From positions 6,296-70,295 of the forward strand of contig JBDRAN010000002.1 in assembly GCA_043823745.1 (NCBI GenBank): a DNA stretch of 64,000 nucleotides. The letters are read 5' to 3'. How positions within the stretch are numbered: the first letter of the stretch is position 1; every line of letters starts with the position of its first letter. The notes beneath the pieces are model-generated. The model worked only from the letters and a program-made list of their open reading frames with translations, was not told the DNA's origin and ran no database searches. The stretch comes from Candidatus Omnitrophota bacterium (GTDB lineage Bacteria > Omnitrophota > Gorgyraeia > Duberdicusellales > 4484-171). Below, one piece after another: positions 37,676-47,924 of the stretch. The position numbers and the translations under genes were made by a program.

Positions 37676-39054
37676 TGCGAACGCACACATGTGGAGAATT
37701 GTCGGCCGGTGACATCGGCAAAGAGGTTATCATCTGCGGTTGGGTTGCGAGTCGTCGCGATCACGGAAAAATAATTTTTATTGATATCCGTGATCGTTAC
37801 GGTATCACGCAGGTTGTTTTTTTCCCGAAACCCGATCCGGTCGTGTACGAACAGGCAAAAAAGTTGGGCAGCGAATTTGTGATACGCGTGCGCGGTACGG
37901 TCAACACGCGGCCCAAGGGAACCGAGAACCCGAAGCTTAGCACCGGTTTTATCGAAGTGGGAGCGGCTGAGTTAACCATACTTAATACGAGCGCGGAACT
38001 TGCGTTTGTTATTGATGACGAGATCGAAGCGGGTGAGGAGACGCGTCTGGTGCATCGCTATCTTGACCTGCGCAGAAAAAAGATGCTTGATAAAATGGTA
38101 TTGCGTCATCAGTTTAATCAGGCTTTACGCGCCTGCCTCGATAAACAGAAATTTCTTGAAATCGAGACCCCGTTTCTTACGAAGTCAACTCCCGAGGGCT
38201 CACGCGATTATTTAGTCCCCTCAAGGCTTAACCCGAATAAATTCTACGCTCTTCCGCAATCCCCGCAGCTTTTTAAACAGATATTGATGGTCGGAGGAAT
38301 CGATCGTTATTACCAGCTGGTACGTTGTTTTCGCGATGAAGACTTACGCCGGGACCGCCAGCCCGAATTTACACAGCTCGATATCGAGATGTCCTTTGTT
38401 GATGAGAATGATGTGATGAGCCTTGCCGAGGGCCTTATCGCGGCCGCCTTTGGCCAGGTGCTGGGCATCGAAATTAAAACACCATTTATTCGCATTCCTT
38501 ACAAAGAGGCGATGGAAAAATACGGGTCTGATAAACCTGACGTCGGCCAGGGGGAGTATCGATTCTCGTGGGTCGTTGACTTTCCACTTTTTGAATACAA
38601 TGACGACGAGAAACGCTGGCAGGCGTGTCATCATCCGTTTACCGCGCCTCAATCCGATGACGTCGGGCTTCTCGATGGTGATGTTTCAGTGGTTCGTGCG
38701 CGAGCGTATGATCTTGTTTTAAATGGTCAGGAAATTGCCGGCGGTTCGGTAAGAATACATTCTCAAGAGATGCAGGAAAAAATTTTTCAGATTCTGGGTA
38801 TCAGCGCAGAAGATGCGCAGAAGAAATTCGGGTTCCTGCTGCGCGCGTTTACCTACGGTGCGCCGCCGCATGCGGGTATTGCATTTGGCCTTGATCGTCT
38901 GTACGCGATTATTACCGGATCTGAAAGCATCCGTGACGTGATCGCGTTCCCGAAGACCCAAAAAGGAGTTTGCCCTCTCACGGAAGCGCCATCGGCAGTG
39001 GATGACGCGCAATTACGAGAGCTTTATTTGAAGTTGGTGGAAGAGAAGAAATAA
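37672..39054 (+). CDS. aspS: Aspartyl-tRNA synthetase, bacterial-type core but lacking the GAD insertion domain
   Basis: [49 protein letters not shown] is the bacterial-type motif 2 region. Motif 3 GGSVRIH. Only 460 aa. Confidence 0.8.
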   Translation: MMRTHTCGELSAGDIGKEVIICGWVASRRDHGKIIFIDIRDRYGITQVVFFPKPDPVVYEQAKKLGSEFVIRVRGTVNTRPKGTENPKLSTGFIEVGAAELTILNTSAELAFVIDDEIEAGEETRLVHRYLDLRRKKMLDKMVLRHQFNQALRACLDKQKFLEIETPFLTKSTPEGSRDYLVPSRLNPNKFYALPQSPQLFKQILMVGGIDRYYQLVRCFRDEDLRRDRQPEFTQLDIEMSFVDENDVMSLAEGLIAAAFGQVLGIEIKTPFIRIPYKEAMEKYGSDKPDVGQGEYRFSWVVDFPLFEYNDDEKRWQACHHPFTAPQSDDVGLLDGDVSVVRARAYDLVLNGQEIAGGSVRIHSQEMQEKIFQILGISAEDAQKKFGFLLRAFTYGAPPHAGIAFGLDRLYAIITGSESIRDVIAFPKTQKGVCPLTEAPSAVDDAQLRELYLKLVEEKK

Positions 39055-39126
39055 GCGATTAGCGTTTAGCGATTAGCGGATAGTGTAGATTCCACATCTT
39101 CCTACTACACGCTACACGTTATAGGT

Positions 39127-39323
39127 AACACCCGGTCAGATCGCACCCGGCGCTTAAAGCACCCAGCACTTAGAGGGATGGTGCTGGTGTCGCCCTTCTG
39201 GGCGAGAATTGCGCCGGTATGCACTTATCGGCTACACCCGACGCTTAAATGTATTGCGTCGGTATGCGCTTGCTGCGCAACACCCGGCGCTTATCGGAAT
39301 TGCGCCGGTATGCACTTTCTGTG
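39127..39323 (+). repeat. Tandem about 45-bp repeats (about 2.5 copies) plus related upstream units, upstream of the LysM lipoprotein gene
   Basis: ATTGCGCCGGTATGCACTTATCGGCTACACCCGACGCTTAAATGT / ATTGCGTCGGTATGCGCTTGCTGCGCAACACCCGGCGCTTATCGGA / ATTGCGCCGGTATGCACTTTCTGTGC. Confidence 0.75.
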
Positions 39324-39335
39324 CAAGGAGGTTTC

Positions 39336-39845
39336 ATGAGTAAATATCTTGTCTTATTTGGCTTTGTTTTTTTGAGCGGCTGTTTAGCGAGAACATATAC
39401 GCTTACCAAGCCCCGCGTTGACACCGAGATCAAGGGTAACCGTGGATATCTCTCAGGGGCTCCCGCGCAGGAGACAGTCGCGCCTTCGAGGCTTGGCGAT
39501 ACGCGTAAAACGTCGGTATTGGAAATAGAGCTTGGTCCGCATCCCCGATCGTCAGCATCTAAAACTCTCGTAACCGCACCCCGGAGAAAAGCTGTTCAGA
39601 AAGAGGATTCATCGCAAGGCATTGCGTCCCAGGAGACTGAGGAGATTGTCGATGAGATCATAGAGGAGACAACCTATCGCGAATATATTGTTGAAAAAGG
39701 AGATACCTTGCAGAAAATTTCACAGAAATTTTATGGTACAACGAAGAAGTGGCAGATGCTTTACCAAGAAAATAAAGATATTTTGAAAGGCCCGGATAAG
39801 GTCTATCCGGGGATCAAGATCAGGATACCGCAGGAGAAGCAGTAG
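39336..39845 (+). CDS. LysM-domain lipoprotein
   Basis: Signal peptide with lipobox LSGC. C-terminal LysM (YIVEKGDTLQKISQKFYG...IKIRIP). Start at ATG 39336 with AAGGAGG upstream. Confidence 0.75.
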   Translation: MSKYLVLFGFVFLSGCLARTYTLTKPRVDTEIKGNRGYLSGAPAQETVAPSRLGDTRKTSVLEIELGPHPRSSASKTLVTAPRRKAVQKEDSSQGIASQETEEIVDEIIEETTYREYIVEKGDTLQKISQKFYGTTKKWQMLYQENKDILKGPDKVYPGIKIRIPQEKQ

Positions 39846-39942
39846 AGAGAAGGACATGGGATGTTGGACGTTCGCTCGCACGGCGCTCGTTGCGCCAGGC
39901 TCGTTGGGACGTGGGACGTAAGACGTAGGACGATCAGAAAAC

Positions 39943-40890
39943 ATGGAAAAGATTATTGAGATTCAAGACAGTGCCGCGCTGCGAGAGATTTTTGGCGTTG
40001 AGGATCGAAACCTGCGTTTTATTGAGAAGCAATGCAAGGTAAAGGTCTCTCTTTCTCCCCAGGGCATCACCGTAAAAGGATCATCCGCGGACATCGAGCG
40101 CGCGGGCGGGCTTGTTCAAAAAATTATAAGTTTAGGCGCGGCAGGCCTGGTGTTTAGCCGTGATGAATTTCAGGGGTATTTGGCCGCGCAGGATACCGAG
40201 GCTTCAAGAAATCCGACCGGGATAAAAGTTCCTTCAGCGAAAAAGAAGATAGTCCTTGCCAAGACCGAGGGCCAGGAAGAATATGTGAAGGCCATAAAAG
40301 ATTATGATATAGTTTTTTCGGTCGGGCCGGCCGGAACCGGAAAAACCTATTTAGCGATGGTCATGGCGGTTAATTGGCTGATGGAGAAAAAAGTCAGACG
40401 TATTATTCTGACGAGACCGGCGCGCGAAGCCGGAGAGTCGCTCGGATTCCTGCCGGGCGGAATGCAAGAGAAATTAGGCCCGTATCTTCGTCCTCTGTAT
40501 GACGCGCTGTACGACATGATGGAGGCCGAAGTCATCGAAGATTATCTTGAAACCGGGATTATTGAGGTAGCGCCCCTTGCCTATATGCGTGGCCGGACCT
40601 TAAATAACGCGTTCGTGATTCTCGATGAGGCGCAAAACTGCACTGCCGAGCAGTTGAAGATGTTTTTGACGCGTTTGGGATTTGACTCCAAAGCAGTTAT
40701 CACGGGCGATATTACGCAGAGCGATCTACCCGGCGGAAAACCTTCCGGCCTTACCGGGGCGATCGGGATATTACAATCTATCAAGGGCATTAAATTTATT
40801 TATTTAACAAAGAAGGATGTCGTCAGGCACCCGCTTATTCAACAGATCATTCAGGCGTATGAAGATTCGCATGCTGCGGCATCCCGATAG
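39943..40890 (+). CDS. phoH: PhoH-like ATPase
   Basis: N-terminal KH-like region, and Walker A GPAGTGKTYLA. 315 aa. Conserved phoH/7TM-HD/ybeY cluster. Confidence 0.85.
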   Translation: MEKIIEIQDSAALREIFGVEDRNLRFIEKQCKVKVSLSPQGITVKGSSADIERAGGLVQKIISLGAAGLVFSRDEFQGYLAAQDTEASRNPTGIKVPSAKKKIVLAKTEGQEEYVKAIKDYDIVFSVGPAGTGKTYLAMVMAVNWLMEKKVRRIILTRPAREAGESLGFLPGGMQEKLGPYLRPLYDALYDMMEAEVIEDYLETGIIEVAPLAYMRGRTLNNAFVILDEAQNCTAEQLKMFLTRLGFDSKAVITGDITQSDLPGGKPSGLTGAIGILQSIKGIKFIYLTKKDVVRHPLIQQIIQAYEDSHAAASR

Positions 40891-40907
40891 GAGTATATGG
40901 TGACCCC

Positions 40908-42263
40908 ATGACGTTATCTGCATGGAAAAAAGAAATTAGCCTTGGTAATATGTTTACTACGCTGTTCTTTTTCGCCGCGGCGGCGTTTATTTTTAATGCG
41001 TACTCTATTGATTATTCCCCGCTGTTTATCGCGTTAATACTTATTGCGTACGCTCGGTATATCAAGAAGATAGAAAATCTTCCTCCGTATCTTGACGTGT
41101 ATCTTCTCGGGTCGCTGGCGATCTTGATTTCTCTGGTGACAACGGTATTCTTCAAAATTTCTGGCTATGGGATAGCCGCGATTGGTTTCGCTATTCTCGT
41201 CACCGTTCTCTTTGAGAATCTTGAATTTTCGTTGCTTTTTTCTTTTTTTATTTCAGCCATGGCGGCGAGCATTGAGGGAGGTAATTATGGCGTGGGGGTA
41301 AGCCTTTTTACCGGTTCCCTTATCGCGGCGAAACTCTCCTTTCGTATTCGTCACCGTTCCCAGCTTATGAAAGCAGGCCTTATTGGCGGCGTCGTTCAGT
41401 TTTTGACTGCCTTTATTCTTAACAAGGAACAGAGTTTTCTTTTCTTCCCTGCTATCGATATTCATCTTCTCCAAATTTGTCTTTTGAACGGTTTAATCTC
41501 AGCAATCGTGGTTTTAGGAATATTGCCGCTCTTTGAGTATGTTTTTCGCGTCGTGACCAACATTTCACTTCTTGAACTTTCCGATTCAAATCACCCGCTT
41601 CTGCGGCGGCTTATCTTGGAAGCGCCGGGAACCTACTCGCATTCTCTGGTAGTCGCTAATCTAAGCGAAGCGGCAGCTGACGCTGTCGGGGCAAATTCAC
41701 TCCTGGCGCGTGTCGGCGCGTATTATCATGATGTCGGTAAGATGCTTAAGCCAAACTATTTCGTGGAAAATCTTGTCGGTTACCGCGATGTGCACAAAGA
41801 TTTAAAACCTTCGATGAGCAAGATAATTATTATGAATCATGTTAAGGATGGGATAGAGCTTGGGCGGCAGTATCATCTTAACTCCCGTATTATTGATTTT
41901 ATCGAGCAGCATCACGGAAAGACGCTCGTGTATTATTTCTATCAAAAGGCTAAAGAGCTTGACCCCGAGAAAGAGCACGAGGAGGATTACCGGTATCTTG
42001 GCCCCAAGCCCCAAAGTAAAGAGGTCGTTATTGTGGCGCTCGCTGATTCGATTGAAGCGCTCTCGCGCACACTCGATGAGCCCACGCCGGCACGCATCGA
42101 GGAGACGGTTCGGGGGGTTGTGCGAAAAAGATTCCTGGAGGGCGAGCTCGATGAAAGTAACCTCACCTTGAATGATTTGGAGAAAATAACCCAGAGCTTT
42201 ATCCGCATGCTTAATGCCCTTTTCCATAGCCGCATTACTTACCCTAAAGACAGTAACCCATAA
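40908..42263 (+). CDS. 7TM receptor with intracellular HD hydrolase (PgpH/YqfF-type HD phosphohydrolase)
   Basis: N-terminal 7 TM region. HD motif YYHDVGK. Later HHG/D residues. Confidence 0.75.
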   Translation: MTLSAWKKEISLGNMFTTLFFFAAAAFIFNAYSIDYSPLFIALILIAYARYIKKIENLPPYLDVYLLGSLAILISLVTTVFFKISGYGIAAIGFAILVTVLFENLEFSLLFSFFISAMAASIEGGNYGVGVSLFTGSLIAAKLSFRIRHRSQLMKAGLIGGVVQFLTAFILNKEQSFLFFPAIDIHLLQICLLNGLISAIVVLGILPLFEYVFRVVTNISLLELSDSNHPLLRRLILEAPGTYSHSLVVANLSEAAADAVGANSLLARVGAYYHDVGKMLKPNYFVENLVGYRDVHKDLKPSMSKIIIMNHVKDGIELGRQYHLNSRIIDFIEQHHGKTLVYYFYQKAKELDPEKEHEEDYRYLGPKPQSKEVVIVALADSIEALSRTLDEPTPARIEETVRGVVRKRFLEGELDESNLTLNDLEKITQSFIRMLNALFHSRITYPKDSNP

Positions 42264-42282
42264 GAACTCTGCGAGCGCGTGC

Positions 42283-42735
42283 ATGAGCATTGCCCTTCTC
42301 AACAAACAAAAAACCCGTCTTAACGCGATTCGGTTGCGCGCACATCTTGCAAAGGCTTCCCGGTTTCTTGGGATATCAAAACGGGACGTTTCATTTGTTT
42401 TTTGCGATGATGTGTTTATCCGGCGCCTACACGCAATATACTTCAACGATAACAGTGCCACCGATGTCATTTCGTTTTGTTTTGCCGAAAAGCGTACTGA
42501 TCGATACCTGGGAGAAGTGATTGTTTCTGTCTCGTGCGCCCGCGCGTGCGCCCACCGGTACGGTATGACCTTTGAGCAAGAACTTATGTTGTATTGTATC
42601 CACGGTATGTTGCATCTTATCGGTTACGACGATCGTACGCGTGCAGGCCGCGTGCGCATGGAGCGCATGCAGCAGAGAATTCTTAAGAAAGTATTGAAGG
42701 CTTCAAGGTCACCAGCCACCAGTAAAAACGGGTGA
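42283..42735 (+). CDS. ybeY: rRNA maturation endoribonuclease YbeY
   Basis: HGMLHLIGYDD zinc motif. Start moved to ATG 42283 (about 150 aa) to avoid a 50-nt overlap. Confidence 0.8.
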   Translation: MSIALLNKQKTRLNAIRLRAHLAKASRFLGISKRDVSFVFCDDVFIRRLHAIYFNDNSATDVISFCFAEKRTDRYLGEVIVSVSCARACAHRYGMTFEQELMLYCIHGMLHLIGYDDRTRAGRVRMERMQQRILKKVLKASRSPATSKNG

Positions 42736-42748
42736 CCTTGTCCCTCCA

Positions 42749-42840
42749 GGGAAGGCTTCGCACCCCCTGACGGGAGGCTTCGCACCCCCCTTCGGGGAGG
42801 CTTTGCACCCCCCTTGACGGGAGGCTTCGCGCTAACTTTG
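42749..42840 (+). repeat. Tandem array of four 22-25-bp hairpin units (GGGAGGCTTCGCACCCCCCTTC-like)
   Basis: Four contiguous units. Each carries a CCCC-TTCG/TGAC-GGGG mini-hairpin. Confidence 0.8.
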
Positions 42841-42857
42841 TGACGTGGTGACTTTTT

Positions 42858-43574
42858 ATGATAGCTCGTGATCTCGGATTCGTTCTTCGCCGCTACAATT
42901 TCAGAGAAACAAGCGTGATTGCCAGCATCTATACGCGCAAATTTGGAAAGATTACTGGAATTCTCAAGGGTTTTTATACTCCCAAAAAGGAATTCGCTTC
43001 ACCGCTACAAGCGTGTACTCTGCATGAGTTCGTATTTTATCCCAAGAAAAGAGAAATATGGCTTGTTTCATTCGCGGAACTGGTGCGTGACTTCCCGTAT
43101 TTACGTGTAAGCCTGCCGCGCGCGCGTGTGGCCGCGGCATGCATCAACATCGTTGAACGCACAATGCAGCTCTGGGATGATAACCAGGCGGTATTTTCGC
43201 TGCTGGAAGATTCTTTGATAGCGCTCGGCAAGGAAGATGAACGAAAAGTGCTTTCAATTTTTCTTATCAAGTTCTTAACGGTTTCCGGTTTTAAGCCGGA
43301 GTTTACCAAGTGTATCTGCTGCTATGGGTCTTTTGCGGGAACATTTTTCTTTAGCGTATCAAGAGGTGGGCTTTTGTGTCCATCCTGTCGCGCGCACGCT
43401 CCCGATAGCCGCAAATTGAGCAGGGAGGCATCGCTTTCTCTCTTGTATATTCAAAACAATGATTTTCCTCATGTAACACGCCTGCATCCGACGAGCTCAT
43501 GCGCCAAGGAGATGTTTCAGGTCCTGCGCGGATTCTTGGCCTATCATTTGGATATGGATGTTTTACCGCAATGA
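42858..43574 (+). CDS. recO: DNA repair protein RecO
   Basis: N-terminal OB fold (GFVLRRYNFRETSVIASIYTRKFGKITGILKG) and a C-terminal CxxC...CxxC zinc site. Confidence 0.8.
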   Translation: MIARDLGFVLRRYNFRETSVIASIYTRKFGKITGILKGFYTPKKEFASPLQACTLHEFVFYPKKREIWLVSFAELVRDFPYLRVSLPRARVAAACINIVERTMQLWDDNQAVFSLLEDSLIALGKEDERKVLSIFLIKFLTVSGFKPEFTKCICCYGSFAGTFFFSVSRGGLLCPSCRAHAPDSRKLSREASLSLLYIQNNDFPHVTRLHPTSSCAKEMFQVLRGFLAYHLDMDVLPQ

Positions 43575-43716
43575 GAAAGCGATGAGCGTAAAAGCACGGT
43601 TCTATGGTGTAGGTTGTAGGGTGAAGGCTCTAGGGTTTTTAACCTAGAACCTTGAACCTGGAGCCTGAGGCTTGAAGTAAGGTGTTATCCGGTATTTATG
43701 GTATAATTACTTTTAT

Positions 43717-44211
43717 ATGAAAAGAATAAGTGAATGTATCGGTAAGGAATTGGTTTGGAAGCCGCGCCATTTTTTCAGTAACTCATATGAGCTGTTTTTT
43801 GACAGCGAGATTATTGCTCGTCTTGAGGTAGCATGGTTTCGTTTTTCTGCCAGGGCGATAACCGCTGATGGCGAGTGGAGATTTCAGTTAAAAGGTTTTT
43901 GGCAGCGGAAGATCATTATCGTTGATTCCCGTGCGAATAGAGAGGTTGGACAATGCAGCGTCAGTTGGTTGGGGAGAGCAACGTTCGTTACGTCTTCGGC
44001 GCAGGAATTTTTCTGGGTTTGGCGGGGATTTTTAGGATTAACCCACGCGTGGGTGTCGGGTGGGTCCGATATACTTCTCTTGAGATGGAAATTTTCTAAG
44101 ACTTATGTGGAATTTGGTCAAGGCGCCGATATCTCACGTTTTAGCGCGCTCCTTTCATGTCTTGGAAAATATCTTTTGATTTTGGAGCAATCGCGAAATA
44201 ATAACACATAA
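43717..44211 (+). CDS. Hypothetical protein
   Basis: 164-aa ORF with normal codon usage. No motif recognised. Confidence 0.4.
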   Translation: MKRISECIGKELVWKPRHFFSNSYELFFDSEIIARLEVAWFRFSARAITADGEWRFQLKGFWQRKIIIVDSRANREVGQCSVSWLGRATFVTSSAQEFFWVWRGFLGLTHAWVSGGSDILLLRWKFSKTYVEFGQGADISRFSALLSCLGKYLLILEQSRNNNT

Positions 44212-44225
44212 TAAGAGAGGGGCGT

Positions 44226-44669
44226 GTGATGATTTACGAAAACAGAAAAGTGGATGCGATTGAAGAAAAAGCAAAGAAAACCTTAGGCCAGACATTTTTT
44301 CCCGATGATGTTGACCCGGGAATTTTGCAGACGATCGCCTATGAGTATCCAAAGCGCGTAATTGACGTTGAATTGACAACCTCGGAGTTTACCTGCATCT
44401 GCCCTTATTCGGGCCTTCCTGATTTTGCCACCATCATTATTCGCTATGTTCCTCGCGCGCGGCTTATTGAGCTAAAATCCTTAAAGTATTATTTCTACGC
44501 GTTTCGTAATGTAAAAGTGTATAACGAGCATGCGGTCAACAAAATCCTTGAGGATTTAGTGCGCGTGGTTAAGCCCCGTTCAATGACCGTGATTGGTGAG
44601 TTTACGGTTCGCGGAGGAGCGACGAATAAAGTTACGGCGCAGTATAAAACACGAGCGTATAGCGTTTAG
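44226..44669 (+). CDS. queF: NADPH-dependent 7-cyano-7-deazaguanine reductase (unimodular type)
   Basis: Catalytic CICPYSGLPDF motif and a T-fold. 147 aa. Confidence 0.85.
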   Translation: MMIYENRKVDAIEEKAKKTLGQTFFPDDVDPGILQTIAYEYPKRVIDVELTTSEFTCICPYSGLPDFATIIIRYVPRARLIELKSLKYYFYAFRNVKVYNEHAVNKILEDLVRVVKPRSMTVIGEFTVRGGATNKVTAQYKTRAYSV

Positions 44670-44807
44670 CGTGTAGCGTATAGTAAAGAAGCGATTAGCG
44701 TGTTTAGTGGGGATAATGAAGAAGTGACAAAATTACTAAAAAACTATATTACTAAACTTTCTTTAAACTAATGATTTCATATCTGGATTTTACTAATCGC
44801 TATACGG

Positions 44808-44828
44808 TGCGAAGCCTCCCCGAAGGGG
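44808..44828 (-). repeat. Inverted single copy of the 42749-array unit
   Basis: GCGAAGCCTCCCCGAAGGGGG is the reverse complement of CCCCCTTCGGGGAGGCTTCGC, with one mismatch to unit 3. Confidence 0.75.
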
Positions 44829-44870
44829 GCTAGAAGCTCTGTGCAATACGCAATACGTTAAATATTTGTT

Positions 44871-46634
44871 ATGAAGAACCAAGACGTGGCCGGTATATTT
44901 AGGGATGTAGCAAATATCTTAGAGCTTAAAGGGGATAATCCTTTTCGCATCCGCGCATACGCGCGGGCTGCGTTAACCATTGAAAGCTTGACGCAGGATC
45001 TTGATGCGCTTATCCACGATGATATGCTTCAATCTCTTCCGGGTATCGGTGTTGATCTTGCGGCAAAAATTAAAGAAATCGTTGCGACGGGAAAACTTTC
45101 CTATTATGAGAGATTGCAGAAAGAAATACCGCCGGGTTTAGTCCAGATGCTTGCGATACCCAGTCTTGGCCCAAAGACCGTAAAAAGTATTTATGACGCA
45201 TTGGGTATCGATACGGTTCGCAAGCTCGAAGCTGCGGCTCGTGCCGGAAAACTTAGGGTTGTTGAGGGTATAAAAGAGAAAACACAGGAGAATATTATTA
45301 AGGGTATCGCGATCCTTAAACAGGGGAGAGAGCGTGTACCTTTGTCGTTTGCGCTTGGTCTTGCCAATGAGTTTGCCGTGCGGCTTAATTCAATTAAAGA
45401 GGTTGATGCACTTGAAGTTGCCGGATCCCTGCGGCGCAGGAAAGATACAATTAAAGATATTGATATTTTGCTTGTTTCAAAAAAGCCCTCCGTTGTTATG
45501 AATACGTTTGTCGCATTGCCGCTGGTGAAGCAGGTTCTTGCGCACGGAGAAACAAAATCATCGGTTATAGCCGGAGAGCACTCTATGCAGGTTGACGTGC
45601 GGGTAGTGTCCAGTGAAAACTTTGGTTCGGCATTGATGTATTTTACCGGCTCAAAAGAGTTTAATATTACGATGCGACAGCTTGCCATCACATACGGCTG
45701 TAAGATAAACGAGTACGGAGTATTTAGGGTAAAAGGGAAAAAAGAGCAGTGGGTGGCTGGTAAAACTGAAGAAGATATCTTTTCTTTTTTTGATATGGGA
45801 TACATTGCTCCTGAATTGCGGGAAGATAGGGGGGAAGTGCTCGCGGCGCGAGCCCATAAACTTCCCCTGCTTATCGAGCTTGACGATATAAAAGGCGATT
45901 TTCATGTGCATTCAAAATATAGCGATGGTACTGCCGAAATTAGCGATATCGCCGCAGTCGCTGCGCGTCGTGGTTATAAATATATCGGTATTTGTGATCA
46001 TTCTATGAGTCTTAAGATCGCCGGAGGGCTCTCGGTGCGGCAGGTACACAAAAAAATAGCCGAGATTCGCGCGCTTAATAGAACAAGCGTGACACGGCTT
46101 TTAGCCGGCACGGAAGTGGATATTGATTCTAGAGGCGTGCTTGATTATCCGGAAAGCGTATTGCGCGAGTTTGATCTGGTAGTGGCGGCAATCCATAGCG
46201 GCTTTAAGCAATCAAAAGCGCAGATCACCCGGCGTCTGGTCGCGGCATGCAAGAATAAAGCGGTTAACATTATCGCGCATCCCACGGGTAAGTTGTGGGG
46301 CATGCGCGAGCCGTATGATTTCGATCTCCAAGAGGTTCTGCGCGCCGCAGCGGACAATAACGTGGCTATGGAAATAAATTGCCATCCCCAGCGTATCGAT
46401 TTAAATGATATAGCGGCGATGCGCGCGAAGAAGTTTGGCGTAAAAATTTCTCTGGGTACTGATGCCCATACATTGGATCAGCTTTCCAGTATCGAGCTTG
46501 GAGTAACTACTGCGCGCCGGGCGTGGCTTACGAAGCATGATGTTATTAACTCGATGGGGTACGAGGTGCTTACGCAGTGGTTAAAAAAGAGGCTAAAGAA
46601 CGCAGATGAAGCGAATGTATCGAGAAGTGGTTAG
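44871..46634 (+). CDS. polX: Family X DNA polymerase with C-terminal PHP phosphoesterase domain
   Basis: N-terminal helix-hairpin-helix region, Pol-beta-like nucleotidyltransferase (GSLRRRKDTIKDIDIL), and PHP (HVHSKYSDG...ICDHS). 587 aa. Confidence 0.8.
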   Translation: MKNQDVAGIFRDVANILELKGDNPFRIRAYARAALTIESLTQDLDALIHDDMLQSLPGIGVDLAAKIKEIVATGKLSYYERLQKEIPPGLVQMLAIPSLGPKTVKSIYDALGIDTVRKLEAAARAGKLRVVEGIKEKTQENIIKGIAILKQGRERVPLSFALGLANEFAVRLNSIKEVDALEVAGSLRRRKDTIKDIDILLVSKKPSVVMNTFVALPLVKQVLAHGETKSSVIAGEHSMQVDVRVVSSENFGSALMYFTGSKEFNITMRQLAITYGCKINEYGVFRVKGKKEQWVAGKTEEDIFSFFDMGYIAPELREDRGEVLAARAHKLPLLIELDDIKGDFHVHSKYSDGTAEISDIAAVAARRGYKYIGICDHSMSLKIAGGLSVRQVHKKIAEIRALNRTSVTRLLAGTEVDIDSRGVLDYPESVLREFDLVVAAIHSGFKQSKAQITRRLVAACKNKAVNIIAHPTGKLWGMREPYDFDLQEVLRAAADNNVAMEINCHPQRIDLNDIAAMRAKKFGVKISLGTDAHTLDQLSSIELGVTTARRAWLTKHDVINSMGYEVLTQWLKKRLKNADEANVSRSG

Positions 46635-47625
46635 TGTATCGTGCGTTACTGTCAAAGCATACCGAATTTTCTTTTTGTTTTTCATAGCTTCTGTTCCCAT
46701 AGTGTTTTTAGGAGCCTGTAGCCGGCAGCCCGTAACGCGTACTTTTGTTGCTGCCGGTACGTATCTTGAAGTAAAATCGCCCGATACCCGCGCCGCCGGG
46801 ATTGTGTATGAAGAATTCAAGCGCCTTGAGGCGATTTTTAATTTTTATAGTCCGGATTCTGAACTCTCGCGGCTCAACCGTACTTTTCAGGAACCGGTAA
46901 AAGTTTCCTCGGAATTACTTGAAGTCTTGCTCTTGGCTCAGAAAGCGACAAGGGCAACCGAGGGAGCTTTTGATGTCAGCTACGGCGCGCTCTTCGCACG
47001 TTGGAAAGAGTGCATCAAAAGCGGTACGGGGGAGTTTCCACGGGAAGAGGAAATAACGGCGCTGCGGGAATCAGGTGGTATGCAGAATATTGAGATCAAC
47101 CAGAGCGCCGGCACCATTACGATCAAAAAAGAAGGGCTTAAAATAGATTTAGGCGGTATTGCCGAAGGATATATGGTTGACCGCGCCGCCCGCAAGCTTC
47201 GCGCTGCAGGAATTACCAGCGCGCTTATTAATGCCGGCGGTGATATTTATTGTATGGGTATGAATTTCAGTAAACCCTGGGTTATCGGTATCAAAGACTC
47301 ACGCGGGCTTACCCATATTGTCCAAGCCGAGAAGCTTGTTGATGCAGCGGTTACGACCTCCGGAAACTATGAACAGTTTTTCGAGCATAGAGGGAAAAAA
47401 TATTCTCATCTTATTGACCCGCGTACCGGATTTCCGGTCCAGAGTAATGTGGTTAGCGTTAGCGTTATTGCCAAAGATTGTACCGCTGCTGATAGCCTTG
47501 CGACTGCATTCTTTGTGATGGGTCTTGAGGCAACAAAAGTTTATATTAACGCGTACCCTCGAGGTATGCGCGCGTTTTTTTTGACATCGGAAAATGGTAT
47601 TGAGAGCATGGAGACGGTGGAGTAA
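46606..47625 (+). CDS. apbE: FAD:protein FMN transferase (ApbE family) lipoprotein
   Basis: Lipobox FLGAC. ApbE motifs (LGGIAEGY, TSGNYEQ). Exact start uncertain; the track start overlaps the polX stop by 29 nt. Confidence 0.75.
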   Translation: MKRMYREVVSVSCVTVKAYRIFFLFFIASVPIVFLGACSRQPVTRTFVAAGTYLEVKSPDTRAAGIVYEEFKRLEAIFNFYSPDSELSRLNRTFQEPVKVSSELLEVLLLAQKATRATEGAFDVSYGALFARWKECIKSGTGEFPREEEITALRESGGMQNIEINQSAGTITIKKEGLKIDLGGIAEGYMVDRAARKLRAAGITSALINAGGDIYCMGMNFSKPWVIGIKDSRGLTHIVQAEKLVDAAVTTSGNYEQFFEHRGKKYSHLIDPRTGFPVQSNVVSVSVIAKDCTAADSLATAFFVMGLEATKVYINAYPRGMRAFFLTSENGIESMETVE

Positions 47626-47924
47626 AGAAGCTAGGAAGCTCGTGGCTTACAGGGAAGATGGCAGATTGCAGATGACAGATGGCAGATAGAGGGACGAGGG
47701 ATGAGAGACGCAGATTGCCGCGAAATCAACGCAGATTTACGCAGATAAAAAAGAGATTTTGTATCCTCGTTACTTACAATCTTTGCTTTAATTTTAAAAC
47801 TTGACCTATTTTTGTGGAGGGATAGTATAATCATTAATGAGTGATTATATGAGGCTAAAATTTAGGTAAATTTATAGGGTAACTCTTAAAGGGATTGCCT
47901 TTTTTGACCAAGGATACGAGAAAA

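Noticed and set aside
42214-42282. Long form of YbeY overlapping the 7TM-HD gene by 50 nt
   Set aside because: YbeY is normally about 150 aa. The internal ATG at 42283 gives that length without overlap.
42749-42840. Possible CRISPR array
   Set aside because: Units are contiguous with no spacers, only about 22-25 bp, and no cas genes are nearby. It is a hairpin tandem repeat.
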